Source: Phallusia mammillata (Eukaryota). Taken from it: a stretch of DNA of 64,000 bases. Under the pieces are notes generated by a model that was not told the origin of the DNA, did not search any database, and worked only from the letters and a program-made list of their open reading frames with translations. The DNA is taken from contig OZ281495.1 in the NCBI GenBank assembly GCA_965637545.1, forward strand, positions 23,064,001 to 23,128,000, read 5' to 3'. Position numbers and translations under genes: made by a program. Every line of letters starts with the position of its first letter. Position 1 is the stretch's first letter. This document shows, piece after piece, positions 26,401 through 39,533 of this stretch.

Positions 26401-29400
26401 GACGGTGCGTTTCCCGCGATAGTGAAGCGATAACGCTTTTCATCGTGACCGCTTTGGATATCGGCGCAACAGCTGCTCAGGCACATTTATAATTTCTCCT
26501 ATGCTTTAAGCCAGGGCTGACGTGGCCGTGCCGTGATAAGGCTCCCCGTCGATGCCTCAGCGTCGGCTCCGGTCTTCTGATCTGGCCTGGGTAACAGGGT
26601 TTCGTCAATCGTCGCCTCGATGCGCCAGGACCTCCAATGCTAATACCGGCGGGGAAGCCGCTGCATGCGGAGCGCTCCCGGTGGGACATCTCACTGAGGT
26701 CGTCATCTGCTGCTCGCGCCCCCTCACCGCCCGCTATCATGCTAACAATGAGCGCTTTACGCATGCGCACCACGCCGAGTTATTCATTTTGCTGACAAAA
26801 TATCAAACACCTGAACACTTCGACACCTAAGTGGACATTTTCACCTGTGGGCAATCTAAAATTCACTACAAATCTTGCTATCAACTCCATTGCTATGCAT
26901 CAATTTACATCCATGGTCTCTCACAACCTGCCGCATGGATATTCTCGCGGCATGTGGACAAGCGTGATTGGATGATCTTGCCAGTGTCACTGTGTCTTTT
27001 TTGTTTTGTAAGTTTATGGCTACCACGGGACATTTGGCATCTGACGGCGCTTATTGTTCAGGTCCGCACGCGACCCTAAATCACTTGCATAATAGGAGCC
27101 AGTAACATGAATCAGTGGTCAGCTATCATAGGTTAAAATAAGACACCCCTTGTTTGTAATTGCGCAGAGATGTTTTAAATGTTGATTTTTTGTGATCCCA
27201 TCCACAAAAACAATGGACAAAAACCCAATGAGAATTTGACATGACACGCGCCAAGATTATCACAACCAAGCAAATATACAACTTGCCGTTAAAATCTCCG
27301 AAAATAACGAAGGCGGCACCGAATTCTCGATCGATACCGCGCCTATTTATAGATGGCATACGTGAAATAGGAAAGACAACACGATCAGAGAACAGTGGGA
27401 ATAATAAAAACACGCGGCACATTGTTGCATCAGGCCGACCAGTAAAAGTTGACGCCTGTTGGTTTTGCGTCTCCGGTTTGGCCTCGCGCGCCAGCAGCTG
27501 TTGAACAGGGATCGGAGTCTTGTGATTGTTACTCGTGTCTTTTACATACGCCGACACTCAAATGTTGGTGTATTCGGTGCCGACCGTTGTCCTCGCATCC
27601 CGAAACAACCAACCCGTGGCGGTTGCCATGCGATCGCGCTAAACCAAACTAGGGGCCGCCGAGCAGAAATCTATCCTGTATGCTGCAACAGCGAAGAACA
27701 ACAGAAGAATTCCGACTCGGGACTCGACCATCGCGAAATCTGAGGAATGTCATTTCCCTTGATATCACAGAGAGTGATGGATACGCGGTTTTGCTCTCCA
27801 CATGTTAACCGAGTGCCAGATTCAAATCAAGATGATTACGATTGTACAACAAGCCATCGGTTATAACAAACGTGTATGTTTTGCATAATTTGTGTCAAGT
27901 CAAACAAACTCGTATTGAACTTGATTTACAGACAGTCACAGTCAATCGACATTATTATTGCCTCGATAATACTTTTTAAGCCTGTTTTGGTTCGCAGCGT
28001 CAATCATGTAGAGCACCACAGGCCTCTTTCATGTTTATCAGGCTAAAATCAATTTGCCGTGACCGGATTTCACACGATTTGCTGATCATCTGTTCGCGCC
28101 GACTTTTCCTGGATTTTTCTGCAGCTAATTTATTTCCCCGAAGCATCGTCGCGCGTCGACTTGAGGCCGCGCTACGGCGGGGAGGCATATGCCTGAGGCG
28201 AAGAGCGAAATCGATTTGCCGCTTTTGGAAGCAAGAACGAGGATGTGGTGGGCGAAACACGACAGTTAGCTTGCTGTGCATGATGTCTTTATGCGGTGGC
28301 GCGGAGCCTACACGATTAGGCCCTGATCAATAATGTAGCAGTCGCCAGATCTGTTCGATTTCCACGCTGACGTCAGTGATAAAATATATCCAGATTTTAT
28401 TGCCGCGAAAAAATTTACCGCACACGACGCAGCACCCATCCCAGCGAAAATCTGTGAAGCGCTTATTGCAGGCATAAAGATTATTATGCGAACAATTTTT
28501 GCGCCAGTAAATGACCTTACAAAAGATGTATGTTTGTTATTTAGTACGTTTGATACTGTTTAATATCAAGTACTAATTGTCTTATCTAAGCAAAGAATGT
28601 GAAAATATAATATACTGGGATATTGGATTCAAAATAATGAACTGTAGCCTTTTGATTAAAAAACGGACACGTGTGAACTATTCGTAACCTTGTTTTGTCT
28701 GATTGTTAAAAAAAACGATGTGAAATTTGATAACACCAATTAAACTCATGTGAGGGACTAAACGCTGTAAATAAAAAACAGCAACAATGTTACGACACCG
28801 CAACCAAAACACATAGACCTTTTAATGCTTGTGTTACTTTTTTTTTCTATCGTTTGCGATTAATCACAACACTGATCAGCATAACAACATGTTTTTTCGT
28901 TCTTCACAATGTGCGGCCAGCAATCGCCGTCCGATCTGAAGTTTGCGGTGTTGGGCAGCAATTGCCTGTCAACAGGACATTCATCATGACACAACACTGG
29001 ATACACTCCACTTTTTGACATTTTTTATCTCCTCTCAATATGCTGGTCCGGGCATCGGCAGTAGCCATCTCATCCACAGAGCGTCTTGACCCGGTCATGC
29101 TGCGCTTCGTCATAGTTTCGTCTGTACCGTGTCACGTGATTGATCTCCGGCTGTCCAAGCTTGCCGCGATAAGGGTGAATTTTTGACGAAGTTGATCAGA
29201 GGCAAGTGGGGTCGAAGAAAGGGCGCGTGGGAATTGCTTTGACCAAACATAAAACCCCTTTCTGGATAAATTTTCGACATTGTGTTTTCAGTTTTGTCAA
29301 TACGATGAGACTTCTCTGGCACACTAACGACACCAAGCGGTTACCACATGAGTCACCGTTAAGCAAAATTCGATGGAACGTGAGTTGATGGTTAAGAAAT

Positions 29401-30253
29401 TGATCACATTCCAAATCGCAGACTGATCGTGTTCTTTGCGGTTTATAACTAACAAGTTTGAACGCAACATCTTGTCTAAAAAAATTGTTCAAGACTTGAT
29501 AAAGATATTTAATAAGGCATAGTGCTATATTTTTCGTTAAGGTATCTACAATTAACTAAGTTACAATAAATTTATTTTATGCTTTCAAGGGTTGAAAATG
29601 GAAAACTGCCAACTTTTTGTAAAAGCTTTTTTTGATAATTTTTCATTTGGTCTCCTTGTAGGCTATTAGTTGCAATGGAGTTTCTGCTTTCAAGTCTTGT
29701 AGCAGGGCCAAGTGGATTATTGATTAGCTGTTTAACCGTAACCAATTATCAGAGCTACTATAACACATGAACATGATAAAGGCGCAGTGATTAAATTTAA
29801 CGGTGGGTTAGGGTTATAACCACGTGTGGTTCAAGCTGATCCTTTTTTGTTTGCAACGCTTTTCTTGTTCTGTTTACTGTAAATTATTACGAATATTTAC
29901 GGGCGCTGTAAACAAAATAAAATTGAATGATTGATTGGTTAGGAACTGTTTTTAGGTTGATTTTATTGCAATTATTATCATGAAACTTCACCCCAACCCC
30001 AAGAGCCCTAACCGTTAGCATTTTTGCACAAATTGCATTCGAATGCTCTTTGCGCCACTTAACGGTATTTAGCAAACTTGTGTGGGGTTAGTCATTGTGT
30101 TTTTTTTCTGCAGTGTGCTCCATAGGGTTGTCCATAGTCTATTATTATCAAATTCTTTATACTAGTTCCTTTAGCTAAATGTAGGCTAAAGTTGTAATTA
30201 TGAAATCAGTTCGATCATTACTACATTTTTTGATTAGTCATATTGTCTATACA

Positions 30254-30655
30254 CAGGGTTGCCATACCGTCCTTATTTCTAAGATTTGTCCTTATTTTGA
30301 AGGGTTATGTCTTAGAAACGTTTATTGTCCTTATTTCTAAGAAGTCCTTCTTTTTGACTTGCGTCCTTATTTTGTCTTATTTTCAACAATTACAAGGAAC
30401 AAACTTAGTGAAATGACAGTCAAATCCCTGCTATAAGTAAAAGTAAACCTAGACCTGAGCTGTCATGAGATGCACGAAGTATTCTTTATAAACAAGGAGT
30501 TGCTGGAACAGATTGTTTCTGGTCCAAATATTGCATATGATATGTCATGGCTCGTATACATGCAAATATTTGTTCAAAAACGTTTGTTTCGTTTCGTATA
30601 AAAAGTTAATTTTTCGGTTGTCCTTATTTTTGGTTTCATGTCGATGGCAACCCTG
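30254..30655. mobile_element. hAT-type MITE (402 bp, non-autonomous)
   Basis: 12-bp TIR CAGGGTTGCCAT...ATGGCAACCCTG. Perfect 8-bp TSD TCTATACA (30246-30253 / 30656-30663). Repeated subterminal motif GTCCTTATTT. Confidence 0.92.
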
Positions 30656-31646
30656 TCTATACAAAAAATAGTCGTAATACAACAAAAAACAAGAAAAAAA
30701 TGTTTAATCTGCTTTGATTTTGTGTGTACGCGGGTGTGTAGAAATTTGTGAATTAACGTTACATAGGTCTACATATGCTCAAACTAACATACCTGCGACT
30801 TCAAAAACATGTTACGTAATTAGCCTACATATGACCGTTGTGCATGAGGCCCAGACTTCCATTGCCATCGTCACTATTTAACACCACGATAAGGCTACCG
30901 ATAATAAGTCATCATGACCTTTTTGGTAGGTTATGTAAGCTTGTTTACAATTCTCATGCACTGTAAACAATCGATCGCGAAAACTAACTAGTAGCCTATT
31001 TTAGTCGATCAACTAACTAACACACAAACTTTTCAAATCTAAACAATTGAGTGTATTCAGCCGTAAACGTAAAGTATGACACATGAAGTTAACTTCTTAA
31101 AGCGGTGAGCCTGGCGTAATTTGTGGTTTAACCAGTTCATTTATGGACAAAATTATAGTTGCACACTTTGACTTAAACATCTCACAAACTTTTTTAACAA
31201 CAAAATGTAGGCTATAATGCAGCATGGAGTTGCGATTAAACCCGAAACTGCATGAACAAAAATTAGTTTGATTTCGTCAAAAGTTTTGGGCATTTGTCAA
31301 GTATTTCATCAAGTTTCGCCACGTAACAACAGTATTTCATGACCTTGCTATCCATTTGCCACTGTTTAACCCCGTACACTTCTTTTGCTACTTGAACGGA
31401 TACCTCATTTTCGTCTTACGCTGTAGGCCTATGTCGGGTCATAATTTACAGACTAGCGCTAAATTTATGCAGCTTCCTGCATCGCTTTAAAGCCAGTCAA
31501 AGAGCAGCTCAAGCACTAAAGATGTTGTAGATTTAGAAGAACCGTTAGGCTACCATAGCACCTAGATGGTGATCGTTTATGGGGATTTGCAGAAACGAAA
31601 TTTATAAGAAATATGCATGTGATGAATGTTAAACAATATCCATGGC

Positions 31647-31806
31647 CAGGTTTTTTTTAAGGTTTGGTTCGGGTGACCGCTAAGTAGTTTTAAGAGACCG
31701 CAAGTGTTTCATTTAAATACCAAAAAATAGCCATATTTGCTTAAACGAATTGCAAGTCCAAATTTTGGGAAACCGCTGGAGAAATTACACCTTAAAAAAA
31801 ACACTG
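31647..31806. mobile_element. hAT-type MITE (160 bp)
   Basis: TIR CAG-GTTTTTTTTAAGG / CCTTAAAAAAAACACTG with one indel. Perfect 8-bp TSD TCCATGGC (31639-31646 / 31807-31814). Confidence 0.85.
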
Positions 31807-32515
31807 TCCATGGCAACAACTAAAAACACTACCGTTTACATAGCAAAGTAGCCATTTTGATCATGTTTTCTTAAGTTCGTCACAAGCTGCTTGTACGCCG
31901 CGTAAAAAGTTTTTTACCAAACAGTTTGTTACAAATCGAGTTCGTAAGCTTGGCACTGGCAGTTTACAGTTTAATGTCATTCCGATAACAGTTGTTCACA
32001 AATAGTTGTAATCTATAGCAACAGAAAGAAGTGTCATAGAACAAGAGTGCCTAATCTAGGGCGTCTTATTTTACTTTATTGACACCTTAACACGCAGCTT
32101 ACAATCGAGAGAGGCATAAAATCGAGTCAATTGGTTACCTATACCTTATGTGGTAACTGTTCTAACGGAAGTACTGCAAACGGAAGCTTAAAAGTATGTT
32201 TGTCGGCATGGCGGGCAGCCGGGCATGCACTATTTCACTTCACCAAAGACTTTTGTTTTTTCGTCGTTGTCAATTGTTGTCTTACTTTTTGTTTCTTGTT
32301 TAAACTTTCTCTGTGTACTTTTGATTATGATCGTTGTGGGTTTTATGCTAAAGATAATTAGTACTGGGTTGTAACTTTTTCAGGACAACTTTATATTTCG
32401 AACTGCTTTTCTCATTCAATTGTGAGTACTGAACTGAATACTGCTGCAGATTTCCTGGATACAAAAAGCGCTTGAACATCTGGCTATGGTGGTCTGGGCC
32501 TAGAGTCAACAGAAG

Positions 32516-35021
32516 ATGTTATCAAAGCGCGCAATTGATCTAATTTTCAAAGCACAACCATGGCAACCAAAGTTGTCTCAAAGACTGATTTCAGTTTCCA
32601 TTAATTTTGATGGAAAATTTGGGACAAATCCAAAGTTGGATAAACACACAACACAATCAAAAACGACTTCTTCACCTTGGAAACTTTGTGCATCCGTTTG
32701 CTTGGTATGTATTGATGCCTTAATATTTGTTTTTAAGTGAGACTGTTGTTTTGTAAATTGATTTACTAACTGTCATAACAGTTAGTAAAAGCTGCCAGGT
32801 ATTGCTTGTCCATCAAAGGTAAAAAAAAGACACAATCACAATACCTGCTCCATAGTTGATTATGTTTATTACTGTAGGTTTGACAGCAATGTGCAGAAAT
32901 TAAAAAGAATTCTTATTTTCAAGAATCAAAGAAAAGCTTTTTGAATATTGAGGCAATATGCATCATAAACAACTCCTTTAAAAACAAGCACAATAATTGG
33001 GCAAGTTGGCCTAAGTCAACAAATTCAATGTTTAATGTCTGCAGTAACTTGCCACAAAATTTCTTGTTTCAGCAGCATGTTCACATATTTTAAATTGGCT
33101 CAAAACTCAAACAGTTTTGAACACTTCCAGCAAAGCAGTTTTACTGATTATTATGGTTTCAAATAATCATACTTAACCACTGTAGGTTAGACCTCCCATT
33201 CTGGAACCTTTGAAAAATGAAATTGAAATGAAGTATGCAGATTTAACTGAAGCAAAAGAGCTTGCCAAAAGTTGTTTAAGTGATTGGGAAGCAGAAAAAA
33301 TTAGACAAAATCTTATCATCAAAGAGGCAGAGGTAAGATGCTTACTGGGCTGCAGTCATGTGGCACAATTTCACCAGAAGTGCAGTTGTTTTCAGTATGT
33401 GTTTTTTATTTATTTTTGAGTGTGTAGCATTGATAACTTTAAATATGGATGAGCCATTGATTTACATCAGGGGTGTGCAACCTGCGGCCCGCGGGCCAAA
33501 TGCGACCCGTTGATAAAAGTCGTGCGGCCCGCGGATATGCTGGAATTTTCTAATTTACTGGCAAAAGAGTCCAATTATCATATATTTTTGAGCACATTGG
33601 TGCGCCCGGTGGTATTTCTATGCGACCTGGCAATAATGTGACTATAAATAAATGCGACTTTTACTTGTTAACTGAATATAAGCATATTTGGTATGAAACA
33701 AATTAAAATCAGCTTGGGGTGCGGCCCGCGATCTGATCATGGTAATTGTATTTGGCCCCAAGGTTGCACACCCCTGATTTACATAATCATATAATGTTAT
33801 TTCAAAGCTACAATATAAAAATAATCTCCAAAAAGACACTGAACCAAAATGTACTTTAGGTGTAACACAATTTATTTGTTTTCAATGGAGGCAAGGTACT
33901 TTTGTTTATTTAAGCATTCAAAAGGTTAGCAACCCCTTGTCTAACACAATCCCTTGTTTAGGATAAGAAGGATTGATAAAAACTTATTTATGTAAATATG
34001 GATATGTAAAGTTATGAAGTGCAACCAAAGGTGGTTCCATAGTGTATTTACAATAGTGATACAGTACATACATGAGACAGTTCACCCTTATTTGCTGAAC
34101 ACCACGTACATAAATTTACATGTACATATTTACCTTGCCAAAAGTGTTTTATATTTGTAAACGATACATGGACTTTTTGTTGTTTTATGCAAATAAGTAA
34201 TGTACCTAAACCCTTTGTAAAGGCTGGTGGTGATTCAAACAGAGTTAAAATAGACTTCAGGGAAACATTTCAAGATATTGAAGATCAAAATGAAATTGAA
34301 CATGATGAGTTCTTAGAAACCTTCAAAGAAAAGGGTAAGAAAAGTGCAGTGTTTCACTTTTGACAAGAAGCAACTGTTTATTTTATTTGGCAAGGTTTTG
34401 ATTTGCTTTGCTGTTTTTTTTTTCTTTAATGGATAAAAATCAATACCTACCAGCTTAAGTTTTTCATTTTTTTTTTAAAGAACCGGATAATGAGGATTTA
34501 AAACGGATAAGCCGTAATCCAAGGGAAAGCCTATTGTTAATAACACAGCAGAAGTTGGGAAATGATGTGGTATGGATGTTACCTACATGCGAGTGGGACG
34601 ATGGAGAAACTCTTCGTGAGGTAAATTAATTTAATGTGTTGATATAAATATAGTCAGCTTCAACAAATTTCCATGTTCTTGGCATCTTGTGCCCTGTAGT
34701 TTAGCTAATAAAATCCACTTTCAGTCAGCTGAACGTGCTCTGTCTACTGACTTTGGAACCGACACTAAAGCAGAGTTTACTTCCCAAGCTCCATCTGGAT
34801 TTTATAAATACAAGTTTCCAAAGGAAGCCAGAGAAGAGACCTGTACTGGAGCAAAACTTTTTATTTACAATGCTTACCTACTGCGATGTAGCGGGGATCT
34901 TTTACTTAATCTTCAGCCCAACGCAGACAAGGTTCTGGATTATGCTTGGATTACAAGAAATGAAATGGTTAAATATTTGAAACCCAAATACTCCAAAGTG
35001 ATCCAGGAAATTATGCTGTGA
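32516..35021 (+). CDS. MRPL46: Mitochondrial large ribosomal subunit protein mL46, 5 exons, 294 aa
   Basis: Exons 32516-32704, 33186-33332, 34223-34334, 34481-34620, 34725-35021 (885 nt, phases consistent). Motifs SSPWKLCASVCL-VRPP, VWMLPTCEWDDGETLRESAERAL, APSGFYKYKFP, GAKLFIYNAYLL and YAWITRNEMVKYLKPKY match MRPL46 (Nudix-like fold). Basic N-terminus resembles a mitochondrial presequence. Confidence 0.92.
33468..33776. mobile_element. hAT (Charlie-like) MITE in MRPL46 intron 2 (309 bp)
   Basis: Perfect 16-bp TIR CAGGGGTGTGCAACCT / AGGTTGCACACCCCTG. Perfect 8-bp TSD ATTTACAT (33460-33467 / 33777-33784). GCGGCCCGCG subterminal motifs. Confidence 0.94.
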
Positions 35022-35584
35022 TTGTGTAAACTCTTGTTTTCGCTACTTTTATTGCAAATACACTTTTGTTTTATGTTATTGGATGTCTAGCATTGTCAAT
35101 CAGAAATGTTAATTTTTTAATACCATGTTGAAGAATCTCCAATGGCAATACTCTGTGAGGTAAGTTGTGGAGGGGCTATAAAGTACATCACCCAAACAGA
35201 AATAAACTAAATTTGTTTCTGACTTAACCCGTAGTAACCTATCACCCAACTCAAGATGCATCAAACAGAGCCTACACTGGTACTTGACTAAATGAGCTAG
35301 TTCTGGTACTACAACTGCTGTAGATATGATACAGGGCAATTTCCATAGCCTTTCCTTGTTCCTCCTACATCAAATAGATCAGGGCTGTTCTAATAAGCTT
35401 GCTCTGGTTTGTTTTTCAAAGTTTAATAAAAACAATATTTAATGTAAAATGCAAGAAACAACAGTGTTGCAGGATCATATACAGTCCATTGCCAACAAAA
35501 GTATTAATGTGGACCATTCATTTTACATTTTGGTTGCATGTAACAGTGAATAAAAATGAACAGCAAAATCAAACTTATAATCAT

Positions 35585-38500
35585 TTAATTTGTGTCTTTG
35601 TTGTTTGGCTCACGAACCAAACTCAAAATCTTATCCAGTTTTGCAATTTCAGCATCCTTGTCCATTGGTACATTTTCTTCACCCTTCTTTCTCTGCAGAA
35701 CAAATGAGATTTACAAACTGCATGTAACACTTATCGGTGACAAAATTAACGGTTATATTACCTTTGGCATCTTTCTGAGGTTTGGTGAAAGCTTCAAGCT
35801 TGTTACATAACCTCGTTCATCTCCCACAGCAATAATAAAGTGCTTTGGATTGAATTCAATGTGGGTCAATTTGGTCTTCTTCTTTTGAACAACAGATTGT
35901 TCACAAAGTGCTTCATACTTGTTTACATTCAAGTCAAACACGTGAACCTGAAATGCAGGTAAAAAATCTCCATAATCACATGTTATATTTTGTTGTTATC
36001 TGTGATACAGGTAGCAATGTCTAAACTCTAAAAGTATTGCACCAATATTGATTTGGAACAATGCTTTTTATCTTATAGCAGTTGAAATAGGCTACTGCTG
36101 CCAGGATGAAGGCGTCTTGTATAGGACGTCGAAATGTTGATTGTTTACAATAAAACTGCTGGATGAGCAATACTTGGTTATAACAGTTGAATTTAATCAT
36201 ATTGCAATCATTCTCATATTTTTTTTTCTGAAATTTTGCTGGACTTGAGCTTTCTGGTCTAGGGACACTTCAGACACTAACCAAGAGTTGTGCTATACTT
36301 ATTCAATACATAAAACTTGAAATATATTTATTCTTGTGTATAGTTACCTTTCCATCAGCAGTCACTGCAGCAAATACTGTTGAAGAGTATGGTGACCATG
36401 AAACATCCCCCACTGCACTGTTCAGGTCAAATGTAAACATGGCTTGGTTCCTACAAGAAACACATAGTTATATAAAGTGATACAGCCAAAACATGAATAT
36501 ATTGCCCATATTACTACTTTTTTACCTGTAGTTGTGATCCCAAATCTTCACAGTCCAATCAGCAGAGCATGAAATGAATATGTCAGGATGAAAGGGATTC
36601 CACCTTACTGCATCAACAGACATGTGATGAGCATCTATGGTGTCCAGGAACTGACTTGAGTAGGCTTTGGAACATTTATGGATCTTTCCTTCTTCTGTGC
36701 CCACCAGGAATAGATAGTCGATTTTCTTGTGGAAGTCAAATGAAGTGCCACAACCTAACAAAATGTTGGAAATAAGCTGTTTTATGTGCCTAGATTAAAT
36801 AGTTGTCACCAAGGCAGGTTTACAACTAACTACCTAACAACTGCAGTTGTGTTCCATCTGGACCTTCTGCAGGTGCACTGTCAACTGATAAGGTTATGAC
36901 ATCGGAGTAGACAAGCTCATCCTTTAAAAATTGACAAATGACATAAAATGCTTCATGATCAGAAACCTGCACATGCTTACCTTTACTAAGGTCCATGACA
37001 CAACACGGCCATCTGATGACACAGAAAAGAAGTTCAAGTTGTTATCCAAGTCATCTTTTTGCCATTTTACCTAGAAATATGTAGGTAATAAGCTATTATG
37101 TGTGTTGTCTATAGGAATTAAACTTTATCAACAATAATACCTGCCAAACAGGGTCAGTATGTTTTCCACTCTTTGCTGTACTTTTGTAAATAGGTCCAAG
37201 CCTCTTGTCTTTTACATTAAACACTCCTACACTTCCATCATAGAATCCAACACACACAAGGTACCTTTGCAAGATGCGTTTTAGAATTACATAGCTCAGG
37301 ACATTGCAAGTTATATAAATTTGGGTTTCTTACTGATAAAGTGGATGCACATCAAGACACATAACACCACTTTCTGTTTGATATATGTATTCTGGGTATG
37401 AGGGATTCTTGAGCGTGTAGAAAAGCAGCATCCCTCTACCCTGCTTAGTAAAGTCATATGAACCATGGCCAGCTGCAAACAGGTCATAGTGCTTCGGATT
37501 CCTGCGAATGTGGATTCAATGTTTAGAAATGTTTCTGTTTTCCCTGTTTTATAATATTATATTTTTGGGATTATACATACCAGCACAGTGCAGTTACTGC
37601 CAATCTCTTGGCTTTGTCAAATGAGAACTTCCATAAAGGCAGCAAAGTGCCTTCTTGGTCTCTAAATTCATCGGAGGCATCTTCAAAATAACTGAAATCC
37701 TGTGCAATGTCATCATATGTATTTTGATTTACCATTCTTTCTGTAAATAAAAGTGAATTACATTTACTTGCCAGTGAAAGCAGTGATATAAATAAGAGCT
37801 TTATATGCTATACATACAACATCAAGTTTACCTATAATTTGTGCAGCCTTTGCCACTTTAGAAATGTCATCAGATTGCGTTTCCAAGGCAACCAACTTCT
37901 TCTTGGTCTTGTCATCATCTTTTCTGTAAGCTGGTACCTGTTTAGACTTCTCCTTTGCCCTTTCCTAAAATTTAATAACAAGTTGTTTAATAACAGGTTT
38001 CATACCGAGTAAACCTAAACCTGTGTAGCATTTTTTTATTGTACCTGTTTTTGTAAATCTTCATAGTAAGCATCATAAATTTCCCACTGGTTTGCTGTGG
38101 CAGAAAAGTTTGATCTTGGGGGAGGTTCAGTGGCACATCCTCTTTCCTGTTCAAGGTAATTTTAAAAGTATTGGAGATAAGAAAGTAAATTTTGTTACAG
38201 TTTTTAAACTTACTCTGTATGGGTTGTTAAATGTTTGTGATGCCCGTTCACTGAAGTTAAACTGATTTCGGAGACTCTCCTTTTTAGCAGGCGTCTCTGT
38301 AACTTCCTCCTTTTCACCTTCTTCCCCTTCAGCTGCAGCATCCTCATCACCCACTTCACTCAATGCAGCCTCACTGCAGAATTTCACACATTAATGTTTG
38401 TTCATGAATTTAGACATGCAAGTATATACCTTCTACTGTCTCCAACACCAGCCTTGGCACGTTGTCTTCTAGCTTCATCTGAATCTTTATGCAACATATT

Positions 38501-39434
38501 TCCATCCAATGCAAAGTGAATAGCAATTTGATCAACACTAGATGTTTGTTTGTAAGTCCTTTCCTATGTTAAAAGAAAAGTTGCACATTGTAAGTAATGA
38601 ACTTATTTTTTCAAATTAGGGAAAACATGAAAACAAAATTAGGAAAATATAATGCTCTAGAGTTAATAGTGTTTATAAAATGCTGGTCTATATCATCAAA
38701 AAATTAACAACATTTGAGTCAAAACATTTCAGGAATTACTAATAAAATTTTAGTTGCAAGTTACACTAAATTTTACACTATGAGAAAACATAGAAGCAGA
38801 TTCATGTTTAGTATTCCAAATCTATTTAGATTTCAATAAATTAGAGTAAGTACATTAATTTCAAAGCTGTTTTTCTCATTTAGGAATTTCCCACCTTGAA
38901 ATTGAAACGAACAATATTTTGTGGAGCATGAGGATTGTTGGCAGTTAGAATTCTTGTAAATTCCTCCTTTAGCTCTGTTTCTGTTAGGTCTAGTTGGTCA
39001 TCGGGTTTAACTAATGTTTTTCCATGTACATATTCATCCCCTAAATCTCCAATTTCAGTCATATCATCATCATCCTATAAAAAAAATTAGAACTGTTATC
39101 TGACTTGTTGGTGTTAACTGTTTCTTTGTGCACTCTTTAGGAAGGAATATCAATTGGTTTTTGTTTGCACCAAGCAAAAGCAATGTAGTTTGCACAACAT
39201 TCCCTGTTGCAAAGAAAAATTTAACACTCAAATAAATTTCATGACAAAGTGTAGTGATAGATACAATAAAGTATAACAACTAACCCTTAATCGTGGACGG
39301 CCTTTTGTTTTGCTCGCTTTCACGCCTACGGTCGAACCTGGCCCCTGTAACAGTAAAATGCTGTTAGTAACGCAAATTTTAAATAATACAGAACTAAAAA
39401 CACAAACCTTCACGGATTTCGCTTTTGGAGGCAT
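35585..39434 (-). CDS. DNAI1: Dynein axonemal intermediate chain 1 (outer-arm dynein IC, WD40), 16 exons, 683 aa
   Basis: Exons 39434-39408, 39344-39285, 39074-38895, 38563-38430, 38373-38214, 38146-38045, 37964-37832, 37740-37581, 37501-37334, 37264-37141, 37070-36981, 36921-36834, 36754-36526, 36450-36348, 35947-35762, 35692-35585 (2052 nt). Motifs [67 protein letters not shown] and [14 protein letters not shown] are typical of DNAI1. Confidence 0.95.
36073..36191 (+). mobile_element. Penelope-like retroelement pLTR remnant with degenerate hammerhead ribozyme (DNAI1 intron 14, antisense)
   Basis: GATGAAG, then stem GGCGTCT/GGACGTC, then GAAATGTT, followed by AATAAA (36149). Flanked by a 13/14-identical direct repeat TTATARCAGTTGAA (36073-36086 / 36178-36191). 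Confidence 0.5.
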
Positions 39435-39533
39435 CTTCTCTGTGTCTTTCTAGAAACTGTGAACACAACACTGAATACAATTTAATGGGACACACAACTG
39501 CCATACATTCCAAACCAAATCCACATCGGTAAC

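Noticed and set aside
17960-29500. Numerous short ORFs upstream of Islet
   Set aside because: No homology or splice-consistent gene could be recognised. The composition fits cis-regulatory DNA.
29775-30065. GGGTTAGGGTT / CCCTAACC telomere-like motifs in inverted arrangement
   Set aside because: Too short and degenerate, and no TIR or TSD can be defined. It may be an old repeat but cannot be supported.
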